NCBI RefSeq assembly: GCF_022045235.1 | Contig: NW_027266286.1 | Span: 46,376,001 to 46,440,000, forward strand | Direction of reading: 5' to 3' | From: Haliotis cracherodii | Taxonomy: Eukaryota | DNA length: 64,000 nt | Shown: positions 1 to 13,400 of the stretch, one piece after another | Numbering within the stretch: the first letter of the stretch is position 1 | Layout: every line of letters starts with the position of its first letter | The notes under the pieces: model-generated | Told to the model about the DNA's origin: nothing | Database searches by the model: none | The model's input: only the letters and a program-made list of their open reading frames with translations | Translations under genes and position numbers: made by a program

Positions 1-569
1 ACAGTTTCTTTAAGTTTTAAACTGTACGGATATACACATATCAGTCATCCATTAATGAAAAGGAACCTCATATACTTAATTCAGCCTTGCTATGCTTCGC
101 ATCCACTACTTCATAAGGGTGCATTCATAATATGATACTACAAGCTCTACATTACATGGCGAGACATACTGAAGGAGCGAATATTTGAAATGCAACAAAA
201 TATTTATTCATATGTGCAGGTTTGTTCTATCTGTACATAAATGATGCTCGCACACTGGTAGAATGTATCGGTTTTGACATCAAAATACAAATTGATAACA
301 AACCCTAAGGAATACCAAAGCCGACAGGTAACACGTGTAAGTTTACCTTTACAGGAAGTTCTTGAAATTAGAATAATCATTGTCAATTAGCCATGGCGGA
401 TTTCATCATTTCAAGAGACTGGGCTGAAGACGTATGGTGCATCCGGTTTTAGTTATACTAAAACAGGCGTGTGTAGCCTTATGGTTTCAATGCGAGGGTG
501 CTATTAATTTAAGCTTATTGTAATTATATGTTAGCATCTTAAGAACTGCAATGAACTACCCAAAGGAAA

Positions 570-1075
570 CCATTAATTGTCTCATCCAAACACATGTATG
601 ACTTGTTGACACTCGACTGTAGTTTTTTGTCGTGGAAAAATGACTGGCACTTGTTCCTGTACTTGTACCTGTTTGAATGATAACATCTACATGCATGTGC
701 AATCTGAGGATTAGACAGTTCGGCAAGAAGCAGGCTTCCCCATGGTGACAAACTGTGCTTCTCTCATTGCTGATATTTCCCTTCATTCATTGGAATCAAA
801 ATTGATCAATCGACTGACAAAATAGGAACTTAAGAGTCAGGGATATTGTTGGTCTGATTTCACCAAAGTGGTCAAATAGCCAAAGGCCCTCCACAGATCT
901 ATCATCTGAACTATAAATAATCCCCGAGAAAAGTGAATCCACCATATCTGTTTCATATTCATATAATAAAGATTCAGAGTGACTAACAACTCTACATAAG
1001 ACTGTTTGACCAGGGGACTGACTTCAATGTTCCAATAAACAGCTTTCCCTTTATGTCGAACTACATGTTAGGTAC
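570..1075 (+). mobile_element. Penelope-like RT relic
   Basis: GFPMVTNCASLIADISLHSLE (~733-795) and LYIRLFDQGTDFNVPINSFPFMSN (~991-1060) resemble common lophotrochozoan PLE RT motifs. Confidence 0.65.
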
Positions 1076-2479
1076 AATCGAGCCTACACGTCATACGATC
1101 AGAGTTCAACATTCAACAACATTCAAGGCATCAATAAGCTTCATAGTATATATGTGGAGGACACTTTCAAGTTTGGGGCATGACAGACAATAACTACAGG
1201 TTTGTCCAGTGCAATTCACTGTTTTCCAATATGTCTCTGTGTTTGCCCAGGAGAACTAATAACAACCCCTTGCATGTGTTTGTGTTTGGTGCCATCAATG
1301 AAGCACCGTTTTGTCAACATCTTGATAGTGATTCATATAAAACATGTTCATGATATACTCGGAATCGAGTTTTGTTGCCTTTGTTTACCAACGGAAGAAT
1401 GAGGAGCACACCTGGTTGGTTTTCATCTTCGAATTACATTTTGAAGTTGGTACAATAACACATTTGAATAATTTGAACATTGCATGTTATCATCGGAAGC
1501 TGTGCATCATCAGATTTATTGTTTTGATTATCATGTTTCACCATAACCTTATCAATTTATCACTACAGTCTTTCACAAGTGATGAAGTGCAGTTGTTTCA
1601 GTGCACAAAGTGAACAGGCGACATATTGACACTGCTTGGTGTCGGCCGCTTGTGCCTGATTTTTGTGTTTTTAAATATGTGACTTGTTAAGATCATTTGA
1701 AAGTAAAAGACCAAGTTTTGCTTTTATATATATGACACATATCAAATAAACATCATCCCAAGTGATTGTCCGTTATTAAACGCCGCACTCAGCTATGTGG
1801 TGTGACGAAATATCTACTGAAAATGTAAGTATGGGACATGTTCCTAACTCTCCATCCCTGAAGAAAAGTGGGTCTGTCGTCCACTTGACCAATGCCATGT
1901 CTGTTTAAGTATCAGTTGTGTGTGCATGACCACACATTGATAACATACAAGTGGATAATCCTTTCGTTGTAATTCTGTATAATATCCTCATTTGATTCTG
2001 AAACTGATGATAACCACGTTACACCGGACAAACTATCCTTACAAATTAATGTCCTGCGTTCTGTGCCAAAGACGGTAACTCTCAAATAGAGATATCGCAA
2101 CCAACCTGCAATCTGCTCGACTCAATCAGGGGATTTTAATTTCACAAAACTATCCATATAATTATCACTGGGATATACTCGAAGAAGAGTTTTCCACATG
2201 TCGTTTAGTCTGTGCTTTGTCACGTGGTTACCGAAAGGAGTGGAACATCCAGTTTTCAGTGCACGTACAATAGTGAATATAAGTTGTTGCAAAGAATAGA
2301 AACCATACCATATGCCCTTTGTAAATTGTCGAGGACAATATAACTTCTAGATTATTTCACAAGATGGATTCAGGTACCACAACCTTCTGATCACGTTTTC
2401 GTATAATTACATTTTTTCCCGATAACAACGGTAACAACTAAGTCCAGTTATTCAGCCAATACTAACAATAAACACTTAC

Positions 2480-4764
2480 TTTCAATACACTGATATTTGA
2501 AAACAGAAAATGCAAGAACTGTACTACGCCGGGGGGCAGGATGCACACACCGAGTCTCTGTTGAACAGTTGTTGTAGAGGGAGACCAGCTCAGCGTTGTT
2601 GAACATGTGATGTCCACGTTCTGTCACATTGTCCGGGTTCACTGTGCAACTAGAGAGACCTAAACCACACTCTGTATTTTCAGTGTAGTAGGCGTCAGAA
2701 ATGGCGATCTTCTGGGTGCTCCTGCAGCTAATGTCATGTTGAGTACAGCGAATTGTGGGGTGAAGGGTTCCATAGCATGCTCTACTGGTTCGTGTTGTGT
2801 CTACACAAAATACTTGTCATAACAAACATGCATTAAAAACGGGAACGGTGTACCATAGCAATCCTTACTGACATGTGTTGTGCCTACAATATAAACACGT
2901 CACAACATATTTAATGTTTGAACATTTAACGTACGTATTTAATTAGTTTGAATGTAGAATGTATTATTATAACAACGCATTGGTTTCGATAATATACAAT
3001 CAGACATTTCATAATTGTTTAAGTAACTTTTGGGAAAATGTAAGGGTCGGGCATGGTATGTGGATACCAGATTTAAGTACGTATGCATTATTGACACAAC
3101 TGTAACCGAACTTGGTTGTTGATAGTATTAGCATATTGTCGGGCAAGATGTCACACAATAAAGAAGGCTACACCTCGTTTCCCTCATCCATGTGAGGAAA
3201 AGGAAGGGGGTGGAGCAAGTCAACATTTCCAGGGAACGAGGATGAGTGAGTATCACTACAGAACAAGGTGATGTCTTTAAGCCTCAACTGGCCGAACAGC
3301 AATGAATACAAATTTACACATATTAGTAAGTTAAAGCACTCTTTTCTGTATGATAAGTGATAATTTTAAACGTTAGTTCTTGATCGTTACTGTTAATGTA
3401 TAGCAGGATATATGCTATATTTGAAGAGTATTGCATGTTCTAAAATTAACACACAGTTAACTTTGGACTTCATGAACAACAAGGTAGCGGTCATCAAGTT
3501 CATCATACTCGATGGTTCATATTCACACGAACAACAACGTCCATCTAGAATAGATAAAGGAAATAAACTGTTGAGATGATTACCAGATTATATTCTTTAT
3601 CCGGGTTCGTTATATCCGAAGTTGACTTCACACCTATAAATATAATGAATACAATTTCTTCTAATCTGAATTATAAATTAGATCTACTGTGTACCTTAGC
3701 AAACACGGGTTTGAAGAATGAACATTACCTGAAGCATCATGATCAATCAAAATGAACACGATCCAACATGATAGCTACAGATAACACCACTGGAAACTGA
3801 AATTATTGTTCCATGTGCTTGTTTCCCCTAGAATACATACACTGTATCATTCGTCACCACTCGCCTCTTTCCGTAACCTGCAAGGAGACTCGTCCCCCTA
3901 TCGATGAATGCTATGTGCGAAAATACGACAAACCAATCAGAATGCGCGTATGATGTCAAGTTCTTCGTCAAAGAATCCCTCTGAAAATTATTTTTGATTT
4001 TGCATATGTCTTGCATCTATACCCAAGACAAAGTAAAATGTGTTCAATCATACTGTATAATTCCGCACGTCCCGGTGTGCTTTAAATTGCATCTGATATA
4101 TATATATAATATATGGGGAAATATATGTGAACCATTACGCAACGATTTGACAATTGTTTTAGGTATGCCCGTTTGCGCTTAGACAGAACCCGGTCGCAAA
4201 AATGGCCATGAGCGGGGCGAGAATCGCTATTCGGCTTGTCCCGGAATAACACGAGTTGGTCACGAATGGCACTGTATGCAGCTGGCCAACTAAAGTGGAC
4301 GTATTTGAACAGACATCTGGGCACTGTGATTTTGATGTGACAGACATTACATTTTTATCTGGTTGTATTGACTGTCCTTTCCTTATTATGATACTGGATA
4401 CTGCATAACTTCAGACAATGGAAACCGATAATTAGTACGCTATGAGGAGAGAACTTTCTCTTGACATCGGCAATGCAAAGTTACCTGTAAACGTATTGAT
4501 TTGAAACTTGAAATAAACCCTCCCGCGACATGTGTCTTTACACGTATAGAGCATGTCTGAGACAAAAATGCGTAAACAGCTTATCATAAATCAACATATC
4601 CTTTGGTTTCCATCATTATGTATACATCGAATCACTGTACTTTATGTCAGGTGCTCATCTAATATCACCATCTTCATTTTGATGTATATCTTACCTGTAG
4701 AAACTGGCTGAAGAATGTAGTAAATAAAGGTGACACATTGCCAAACGAATACAAATTTCGCCAT
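2480..4764 (-). CDS. G1: SUEL-like/CUB-like membrane receptor paralog, 5' part only (remaining exons probably left of the window)
   Basis: Signal exon 4764-4695 (MAKFVFVWQCVTFIYYILQPVSTG|gtaag). SUEL-like exon 2800-2480 (321 nt, phase 1-1, open): DTTRTSRACYGTLHPTIRCTQHDISCRSTQKIAISDAYYTENTECGLGLSSCTVNPDNV...LYNNCSTETRCVHPAPRRSTVLAFSVFKYQCIE|gtaagt. Both are homologous to exons of G2-G4. Confidence 0.8.
2843..2883 (-). pseudogene. 5' remnant of an older SUEL-like exon (G1)
   Basis: ttgtag|GTTHVSKDCYGTPF just upstream of the intact exon; the adjoining intron matches the intron of the paralogs. Confidence 0.7.
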
Positions 4765-6049
4765 AATGTTGACAGCTCAAATCTCTATGATCAGCTCATC
4801 TGTAAATATACAAAATGTGTGCGGGGTGCATTATCACAAATAACTTACTTCCTTGTTAAATGACGTCTGCCCATAAGACCTGGATGGTTACAGTAATTTG
4901 CCTAAGAAGACACCACACGTTACATATATCTCAGTGTGGATATCATCGAAGCTTTAGAAACCATAAACAGTCAAGTTTGCCGAACACTGTCACATTTCAA
5001 CCTACATGTATCAATGCGACCATTTGCTTTATTTGACCTGATTTCTGACCTGTGTTCTGTACATAGGATCACATTCTACCACAAAGACGTAGAAACTGAA
5101 TTACTAGTCTAAAGCACATGTGACGACGGCTATACAATTGCAAGGTTATCAACAAGGAAATAAAACTGGGGCGTTAGGTTTAGGTCAGCTTGAACTCCTT
5201 GTGTAACTCACCTGACTGATCAGTCCGTTCAACTGCACACAACCGACCTAGGTGTGATGCTTTCTTACTACATGTGTACACAACCACATTATGTGTTGGT
5301 AATTGTCACTACTGTACTAATTACTACTTGAGTAACACGGCTGTCACATAAGTCAGTTATTCAGCTTAAACCTATTAGATATCGAGACGACACCCGTATA
5401 CATAATTCAACCCTAAGATACAGGTATCACTGACATAATTGACATGTATAGTTCGGGTCTGATGGTCTTACAAGGGACATCACAAACATGCCCTTCAAAT
5501 ACATCTGCTATACATACATGTATGATCACAGGCACTATGAATAAACACAAAGAGTTATGGATGTCAACTAAGTCTTCTTTGTTGCGGATAGACACACAAC
5601 GTTCAGGAGCGTGTTCGTATATATATAATTACTCCTTTAGTAGTGAAATTGACATCACAGGCAGTTCGGTGTCATATGTATACCTATCAGTTAGGGCTGT
5701 TGCCGCGGCGACCTCGTGTAGAGTTGCGTGCCTTATGGGTATCGGAATAGTTAACTGTGCTCGTATGTTCCGAGTTCATGATTCGCCCTGATTATGTTTC
5801 TATTTGACAGCACCAGACCTGTGCTTGTGGTATCACCAAAGTGGTAAACGTCTCATACACGAATCCCTCCGGGCTTTACTCCTTAATCCAGCTAGCGTGA
5901 TATATCTGAAATAATGTTTACAGCGGCGTTTAACCATGCACGCTCTCTAATGCAACTTGCGGCTGAAACAGCTGATTATCATCCTGACAAGGTAATATGC
6001 TAAACTAAACAAATATTGAACCTTGAGCAACATATGGTCCTTTGTGAAG

Positions 6050-9000
6050 CTTCACTATAAACAGTAGAAACAACAAACGCAATATTTGTGTGGAATAGAA
6101 TATGGGCGCAGTTTATTACAACATTTGTGACGAAACCCTGTGGGGGAGAGGTTTAAGACTAATACTAAAATAATAACTGAGCGCCGATATATCAGACGTG
6201 AGCAGCTCAGAGCATAAACAGGAGAGACTTTTCTCACTGGGGTCGCCTCAGATGAGTAACCCCCCCTGAGTTCGAGTCGACAAGCCGCCGACTCCACTCT
6301 GGTAAATATGCACAACCCGGCCAGCCGCCGGTAACCACCACTTCTGGCCAGCCGCCAGTAACAACACCTACGGTCAGCCGCCGGTAAAGCCACACCCAGC
6401 CAGCCGCTGGCTACCACCAACCTACCTTATTGAAGAATGTTATCTGTGAGGAACATCACATCAACAAATCCATTCTCCAATTCAGATCATAACAATAGTC
6501 CCGCCCACAGGGTCCCGCCACCGATCGCCACCACAAATGTAAGTCAAGTAGAACTGTTTAAACATATACTCTCCCGTACGTCCTATACTTCCTGTAAGAA
6601 AATAGCTATCCCCACATCGGAACGGGTGAATGTCATCATTGTGATATAAGTTGGAATCGCTTGCTGTTATATCATGCTTAATTCGACGTCCCCCGTTTTG
6701 CATATTAGATCCGTAACGAAACAGTTTACTCTCTTCCTCTTCCGTTTCAATAGCAGCCCCGTTTTGTGCGCCACGCCACACCCTTCTAGGTAGGATTTCC
6801 GACCACACCAGAAGTGTTTCAGGCATAGGCTCTGTGATACAAGAAACCAACCCTTCTATTTTCTTACTTAAGTCTACACCACTATCCTTAACATTGAAGA
6901 AAACTGGTATCTTGTAACTGGAAGACCATCAATATGTATGAAAAAACTCTCTTGGGATGATTAATGGGGTCTGATATCCAAATACAATCTCAGCAATGCC
7001 ACCGGGCAAATTGAAACATCAGCATGGGCTCCAATGTGCAGTTGAGCTGCTCTCAAATCGGTTTTGGATACTGATACGCTGGGTCTCTGTTACTCACTTG
7101 TTCACCTACACGCAAGAATCCAAAGAATGCCAAGGAGAACATACTCTGAAACAGAATAGTCTCGTACACCGACTTTGAAACAGATCGCAAGACTTCCGTT
7201 AACTGTTTTAACAATGGTAAGGTGATAGGAGCTCTTGTATCCGGCTTCTGAGCATCTCTTCTTATTCCTTGTAACAACTTCTTGATGAAACAATTCTCTG
7301 TAGGGTATGATGATGAGGCTAATTTATGATATCTACTAATATCTGAGATATGTTGATAAGCTGTTGCTGGAGACTTACCCTCCAATGATAGGTTGGCTAT
7401 GTAATGAGCAGTCTGCGAAACTGGAACCGGCCAGGTCTGATCTAGGTTATTGCTGAAACGAAACTGTTTAAATCCATGCAACGCATACCTGCACGCCTTA
7501 TTGGTGTTTTGAGATACTGACATACTTAATAGCCTGTTAGCTTCGTCTTCCATATCTGCCATAGAGAATCTGGTATTGGGGTTGGCTGCGGACAAGCCTG
7601 GGGTGCTATAATCCGAAACTGCTGCAACTGAAATTGGGATAAAGAATCTGCTATGCTGTTGTAGCACCCTGGAATATATTGAGATTTCATGATTATGTTA
7701 AGCTTCAAGCATTTGAGAGTAAACGAACGGACTAAAACCATTACTCTCGGTGATTCAGTATAAGCACTACTGCCTGGTTATCAGAATTATATATAGCTTT
7801 CTTGTTTGTAAGATGTTCCCCCCAAATATGAACTGCCACAAATATTGGGAAAAATTCCATGAATGTGATGTCTGAGGTGTAACCTTGGAGTCTCCATTCC
7901 TTGGGCCATAATCCAGCTGCCCACCTGCCTTTGAAGTACAAACCAAATCCACAATGCTCTCCACCCGCACCATCTGTAAATAACTGTAGAGAGTCACTTG
8001 ACATCCAATATTGGTCTGGGAACACTGTTTGCCATTGTGACAGCTTAAAAATTCCAGCCATGTATTAATGTCTTCCTTCATCTAGTCAGCCTGATATGAT
8101 GATATGCTCTCTTTTTATTTCTTGTTGAATCTATAAATCTTCTTGAAAATTGGCGTCCCATGGGGACTGCTCGGCAGATAAAGTTCAACAAACCTATAAG
8201 TGACTGCATTTCCCTCAATTTTACTTTATTACGATCTGCAAACCCATGAAGTAAGTTGTTACATTGATTGATTTTGTCTGTCGGTATTCTCAATTCGATT
8301 GTTACTGTATCAATTTCAATTCTCACTAGCAATAGGAACTCCCAACTACTGACATAGCAACAAAAAGGTGTCAAGAGCGTCTTGGCAACGATTAGGGTTA
8401 GGTGAGCTACCAAAAAGAAAGTCATCCAAATAGTGAAGTAATGTCCCTTGTTTCAACCTGCATTGAGTAACCCAGTGTATAAAACTTGCTACTTTTTCAA
8501 AAACTGCACAGCTCCATGGGGAGCACATATCTACATGATAGTTATCCTGAAAAAATATACCTAAGAGATCAAAATCTTGCTTATTGATTGGACATAATCG
8601 AAATCCACTTTTAATGTCTGCTTTTGCTAACATTGCCCCTTTGCCAAATTGGTGGACTAAGTACACTGCTTCGTCAAAACTTGTGTAAGAAACTGAGGCA
8701 TACTCATCATCAATATAATCATTGACTGATATACCCACTGGGTATGACAAATGGTGAATTAACCTATATTGCCCTGGTTCTTTCTTTGGGACAAGCCCAA
8801 TTGGCAACACCCTTAATTTTGGAAGTGGTGGGAAACTAAATGGCCCTGCCATCCTACCTGATGTAATTTCTTTCTGTAATTTCTGCCTGACTACTTCTTG
8901 TAGTTCTGTACATGATTTCAAGTTATGGGAATAACATGATTCCCTTGGACCTGTATAATTCAAACTAAAACCAAACCCCCTTGTGCATCGAGGCCCATGA

Positions 9001-9700
9001 GTCCTACTGGTTTGTTGTCATAGGTCTCCTGTCTGAGCCCTTTAGTTAAGATCCCTAATTCCACATACTCATTTTTCCAAATATTCTCCTTGATATTTTG
9101 AGGTATATTGGAACCTAAGTTATCTAAGTTATCGATAGGCTGAGGAGCAATAAACTGTGAGAAATCATGCACACCAAGCCCCTGTGACTGACTAATGCTG
9201 GTTTCCATAGCAAACGTACCGCTGTCGCTGCTATCAAGCTCAATAGGCCTATCGCCTACTGGTTGGAATCTAACTGTAGCTGTACTACTATCGGTATTAC
9301 TAGACCTACCACTTGATATATTTATGCAGCTCATCAACTAAGGGGGATAACTCACCTGTAGTTGAGACGAAACTGGCGGGCGCAGTCATTGTCTGCTTGG
9401 CCAATGTCGCTACCTCGCTGTCCGCTCGCTGAACAAGTTTCCTCTTTCTGCCAGCCCCTCTAGACTTAACAAACGCCAAACGCCCTGCCTGTCTACCCTA
9501 AACATCTTGAGACATCCTTTTTCCGTGGCATAGCAAGCTGGAAAGCTGTTAATCTTGATACAATACTTATTGTGCAGATCGAGCAAAAATTGTTGTTGCT
9601 GTCTATAGCGCAACATGAGCGGAAAGGATTAACACGTGACAACTGCACGTGAATCAGACAGATCTAGAGTAACCTCCCTTTCCCTATAACATGAAACCGG
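6050..9700 (-). mobile_element. Degenerate Ngaro-type (DIRS order) tyrosine-recombinase retrotransposon
   Basis: gag-like 8960-9337; RT 8346-8963 (YRLIHHLSYP, KADIKSGFR, HYLDDFL); RT/RNase H 8078-8425 and 7741-8061 (LFTDG, FMEFFPI, SDNQAVV); YR 7053-7560 (AFFGFLRVGE, then ICPVALLRLYLDIRP); SGNH-hydrolase-like 6482-6850 (VWSEILPR...DDIH). Frameshifts and internal deletions. Ends approximate. Confidence 0.88.
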
Positions 9701-11046
9701 CAGTTGATAATTGAATTTTATTATTACACTGAAGATATAATACAATTATTTATGCACATCTGCTTGGGTGACAAAGCAGCCACTCGAGTCCTTGACGAGG
9801 TCCCTTGAGTTTTTGTTGAAATGGGTGTTTCTGAATGATGAAGCCACAAATGTGAACTGACAAGGAAAAAAACGCCTAAGGGCTTTGCTATTTTAACTTT
9901 ATATACATGTAAGCTATATGAGGAAATTTCAATTATTAATAGCACCAAACACACGTTACCACTGATGATTAAGAAGAAACAGGCTTCAAGTTTGTGTTGT
10001 ATTTCGTATTTATTAGGTTTTTTAACATACGTGGATATCAAGCAAGCAAAATTCGAAAAAATGAGTCTAAAACCAGACTTTCGTCCATATAATGCTAAAT
10101 CAAATAAAAATTACATTGCATAGTCTACTTTGCAAAAAGTTAAATCGTTATGCTTGTGCTATTACACTTTGTTCACAGTGCACGACTGACATCATCTTCA
10201 ACTTGTATGAATAACGCATATACGTCGTGGGCACGGGTGGCCCAGACTTTTCAGGCACCGCTATTCGCAGTTGCGTCAGTTTGTCGCGCTCCGAAACTAT
10301 GCCCATGCTTTTCACCAACGTGGTAAACGTCACAGACCTGCATCATTCCGCCCTCTAATTAAGCTGACACGCCATGCAATAACTGTTTGAAGCTGCGCAA
10401 AAGGTCACTCATACACACGGGCATATTATTAAACAAGTACAATGTTCACATTGAATCATCATAGTCAACATTAGCTCCTACAATCATGGCAACAAAAACA
10501 GTCACATATACTTCAAGTTGTTATATGTGATAAATCCGCGGGGGATTCCAGGAATGAATTATAGGTCTCCGACAACCTGTCCTTGCCTTACGAGGCGACT
10601 GAATGGATGGAGGGGTCAGGCTCACTGGCATGGTTCACTTGATTAGAAGTCACCGTATCACAATTGCGTGGATGATGTGCTGTGTTACACGTGCATTGAT
10701 ACAATAGATCATTTAATGTTGCGCGTGATAGTGATGGTGCTATATCATCAATCAATGTTTTAGTGATCTTGTTCTCCATCCCGTCTTAAGGTGAGTCATG
10801 TTGAGGATGTTGGTGGCGTATGATCAAGAGACTACTAAATAATTGTCCAATTTAGTATGATTTAAGCCTCTGCTATCACTTTAAGATAATACTGTGGCAG
10901 GTAGATGGCACTGATACGATTCCACAAATCGATCTAAGTGCGAAGGCGAACTGAACTCCAATGCTTTAACATTGTAGCTCCAAGATGGCTTAGTGGGACA
11001 AATCACTGGTCTGTACAACTGATAGCAGCCAATCACAACTATCGGC

Positions 11047-11301
11047 TTATTTGTCACCGTCTGTAAGGTGAACATAGATGTTGTCTTCAATTGGACTGTC
11101 CATCTTTACTTCATCTTCAAACGTAGCAGGCGAAGAAGGGTGTAATGGTTTCATCTGACAAATGCGATCATAGTCGCAATCGGGGCGTACCGACGTTTCT
11201 GTTGAGTCTTGGGTAGAATAAGTTCGATCATTTGACGCGGACTTATAGAACGAAACATGATCGTTCTCGTTCGAGTTCTTGTCACCCAACACGAAATACA
11301 A
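11047..11301 (-). pseudogene. Possible orphan, diverged tyrosine-motif cytoplasmic exon
   Basis: YFVL...DCDYDRI...EDNIYVHL occur in the same order as TYFMI...SDYDHI...EDDYGYNLF of the G5 tail; no TM exon recognised nearby. Confidence 0.4.
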
Positions 11302-11400
11302 CCACAGGCAGTGACCCGAACAGATGTGTTCTCACAGATGTTTGATACAGTACAAAGACAATTATGCTGTTATTATACGATACAAAGACCATTATGCTTT

Positions 11401-11546
11401 GGGGCGGTGGGATAGCCTAATAGATAAAGTATTCTCTCGTCACGCCAAAGGCCGGGTTCGATTCCCAACATGTGTACAATGTGTGATGTCCTTCTCCGTG
11501 ATATTGCTGGAACATTGCTAAAAGCGGCGTAAAACCATACTCACAC
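11401..11546 (+). mobile_element. SINE family A copy
   Basis: Same head and tail as 61117-61281. Confidence 0.75.
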
Positions 11547-12262
11547 ATTATGACATCATGCCATCACATAGGGACCCACGAAGAGCGGAGAGATACTCTG
11601 TGGCAAAATGCGTATTGATTTGTGTGTAAAATGAAACATAAGGAAATAGTTATTGCCTCTACACCATTCAAACCCAAGCTTACCAAAAATATAGAATAAA
11701 TTATGTTCAATTATGAAATGTCAATATCGGTAAAATACGCATGCATCTTTCATACTCTAAATATATGTTCAACAACATGTTGTCAAAAGACATTCCGTAG
11801 AATAAATATATGAAGGATAGTTCTGTTAAAGAACAAATGTTGTTGTTTTTTCTGGTAAGGATGTTCTGACACCAGCTAGCGATAGAGGTTGAATGATTGT
11901 ATGAGCGCATCATAGGTGTCGCCATTGATCACACCTGTTGGGAGTTCAGAAAGTGAGTTGAGATAAACTTCGACGGCTGTAAACCTCACATGTATACATT
12001 AGGATCCTTTACATATATGTGTATATAGCTAGGTAGGGTGTACATCAGTTTGGTTACTATATATTCGGTCTCGAAACTACCGATGCCTGTGGGTGGATAC
12101 AAGCAGAGTATATACATGTACAAGTATATGTGTTTCGTTAAGCAGTGCTTTGAGCTTGTATTCATGAAAAATTTCTGATACAAGCGAAATCTTAAAAAAG
12201 AATTGTGCAATGTCAGTCCTCTCTCCTCTCTCGCCCTCAATCTATTTTTTTCTCTCTCTCCC

Positions 12263-12551
12263 GGGGGCACGGGTGGCCCAGTCGTCTAAGGCGCCGCGAT
12301 TCGCTGTGCAGAGTTGTGTCCCTTTGGCACGCCAGAAATCTATGATTGTGGGTTCGAATCCCGGTTCGCCCCGATTATGTTTCTAGGTTTGTCAGCACCA
12401 TACCCGTGCTGGTGGTTTCACCGAAGAGGTAAACGTCTGAGACCTGCATGACTTCGGGCTTTCCTCCCACATCAAGCTGACACGCCGTGATATAACTGGA
12501 ATACTATTAAAAGCAGCGTTAAACCCAACTCACTCACTCACTCACTCACTC
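12263..12551 (+). mobile_element. tRNA-derived SINE family B (relics at ~5690-5935, ~10228-10400 and ~16340-16520)
   Basis: gggtggcccagtcgtctaaggcg A box, ggttcgaatccc B box, (ACTC)n tail; near-identical reverse copy at 33719-33990. Confidence 0.85.
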
Positions 12552-12678
12552 GCTCTCTCTCTCTCCCTCACTCTCTCTCTCTCCCTCCGAGGTTGTGAAC
12601 AAATTTTATGTGCAAACTCTCATATCTTCTGACACTGTATGTTCGTTATTTCTGTTTTTACAAATGAACCCACTCAGG

Positions 12679-12869
12679 NNNNNNNNNNNNNNNNNNNNNN
12701 NNNNNNNNNNNNNNNNNNNNNNNNNNNNNNNNNNNNNNNNNNNNNNNNNNNNNNNNNNNNNNNNNNNNNNNNNNNNNNNNNNNNNNNNNNNNNNNNNNNN
12801 NNNNNNNNNNNNNNNNNNNNNNNNNNNNNNNNNNNNNNNNNNNNNNNNNNNNNNNNNNNNNNNNNNNNN
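12679..12869. other. Assembly gap
   Basis: Run of N. Confidence 1.
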
Positions 12870-13149
12870 TGTATTAACACCCGAGTTGTATAATCACAAA
12901 GAAGTTCTTAGAGTACTATTATGCTCTTGTTTTCCTCAGCTGAAAATGTTACTTTAGCATTAATCAGTACCCAACTGCTGGGTATCTATTCTCGAAACAT
13001 TCGTGGCGCTACGAATTCTCAGGCCCGAACGGCACCATTGACGATAACTTAAAAGAATAAGATAAGATGTATTCTCGAATCGTTGTTATCGTTTTCTTAG
13101 TAAAAAGTTCGTAAGTTAAGATAAGATCTCAGAATAACAATTCGTCCGT

Positions 13150-13400
13150 ATTTTTTTATGCGAAGTTACACGCACTGTTGAATTCCCCTCGCGCCGCCGA
13201 CACTCGGCCAGGGTGTTATAGTGTCGCCTCATCAGCAATAGATTGAAATCTGCCCCTACAGAATTCCATGCAAATTGAAACATCTACCGTTGGAGACGAA
13301 TTAAGATTTTGCCCCTGATCAGTATGGGGTCAGAAGTGTGATGGTGTGGGGCAGTATTACTCAGTATTATTGCTGATTTGGTTATCATGAATGGACATTT
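13150..13400 (+). mobile_element. Short Tc1-like relic
   Basis: GDELRF and YGVRSVMVWGSIT (cf. SDESRF and GGGSVMVWG). Confidence 0.45.

Noticed and set aside
1912-2104. Possible G1 downstream exon
   Set aside because: No similarity to any exon of G2-G5.
3727-3800. Second signal-peptide-like exon in G1
   Set aside because: Donor present, but the phase-1 frame has a stop and no ATG.
6055-6420. 121-aa ORF
   Set aside because: GC-rich low-complexity terminal region of the Ngaro element; no domain recognised.
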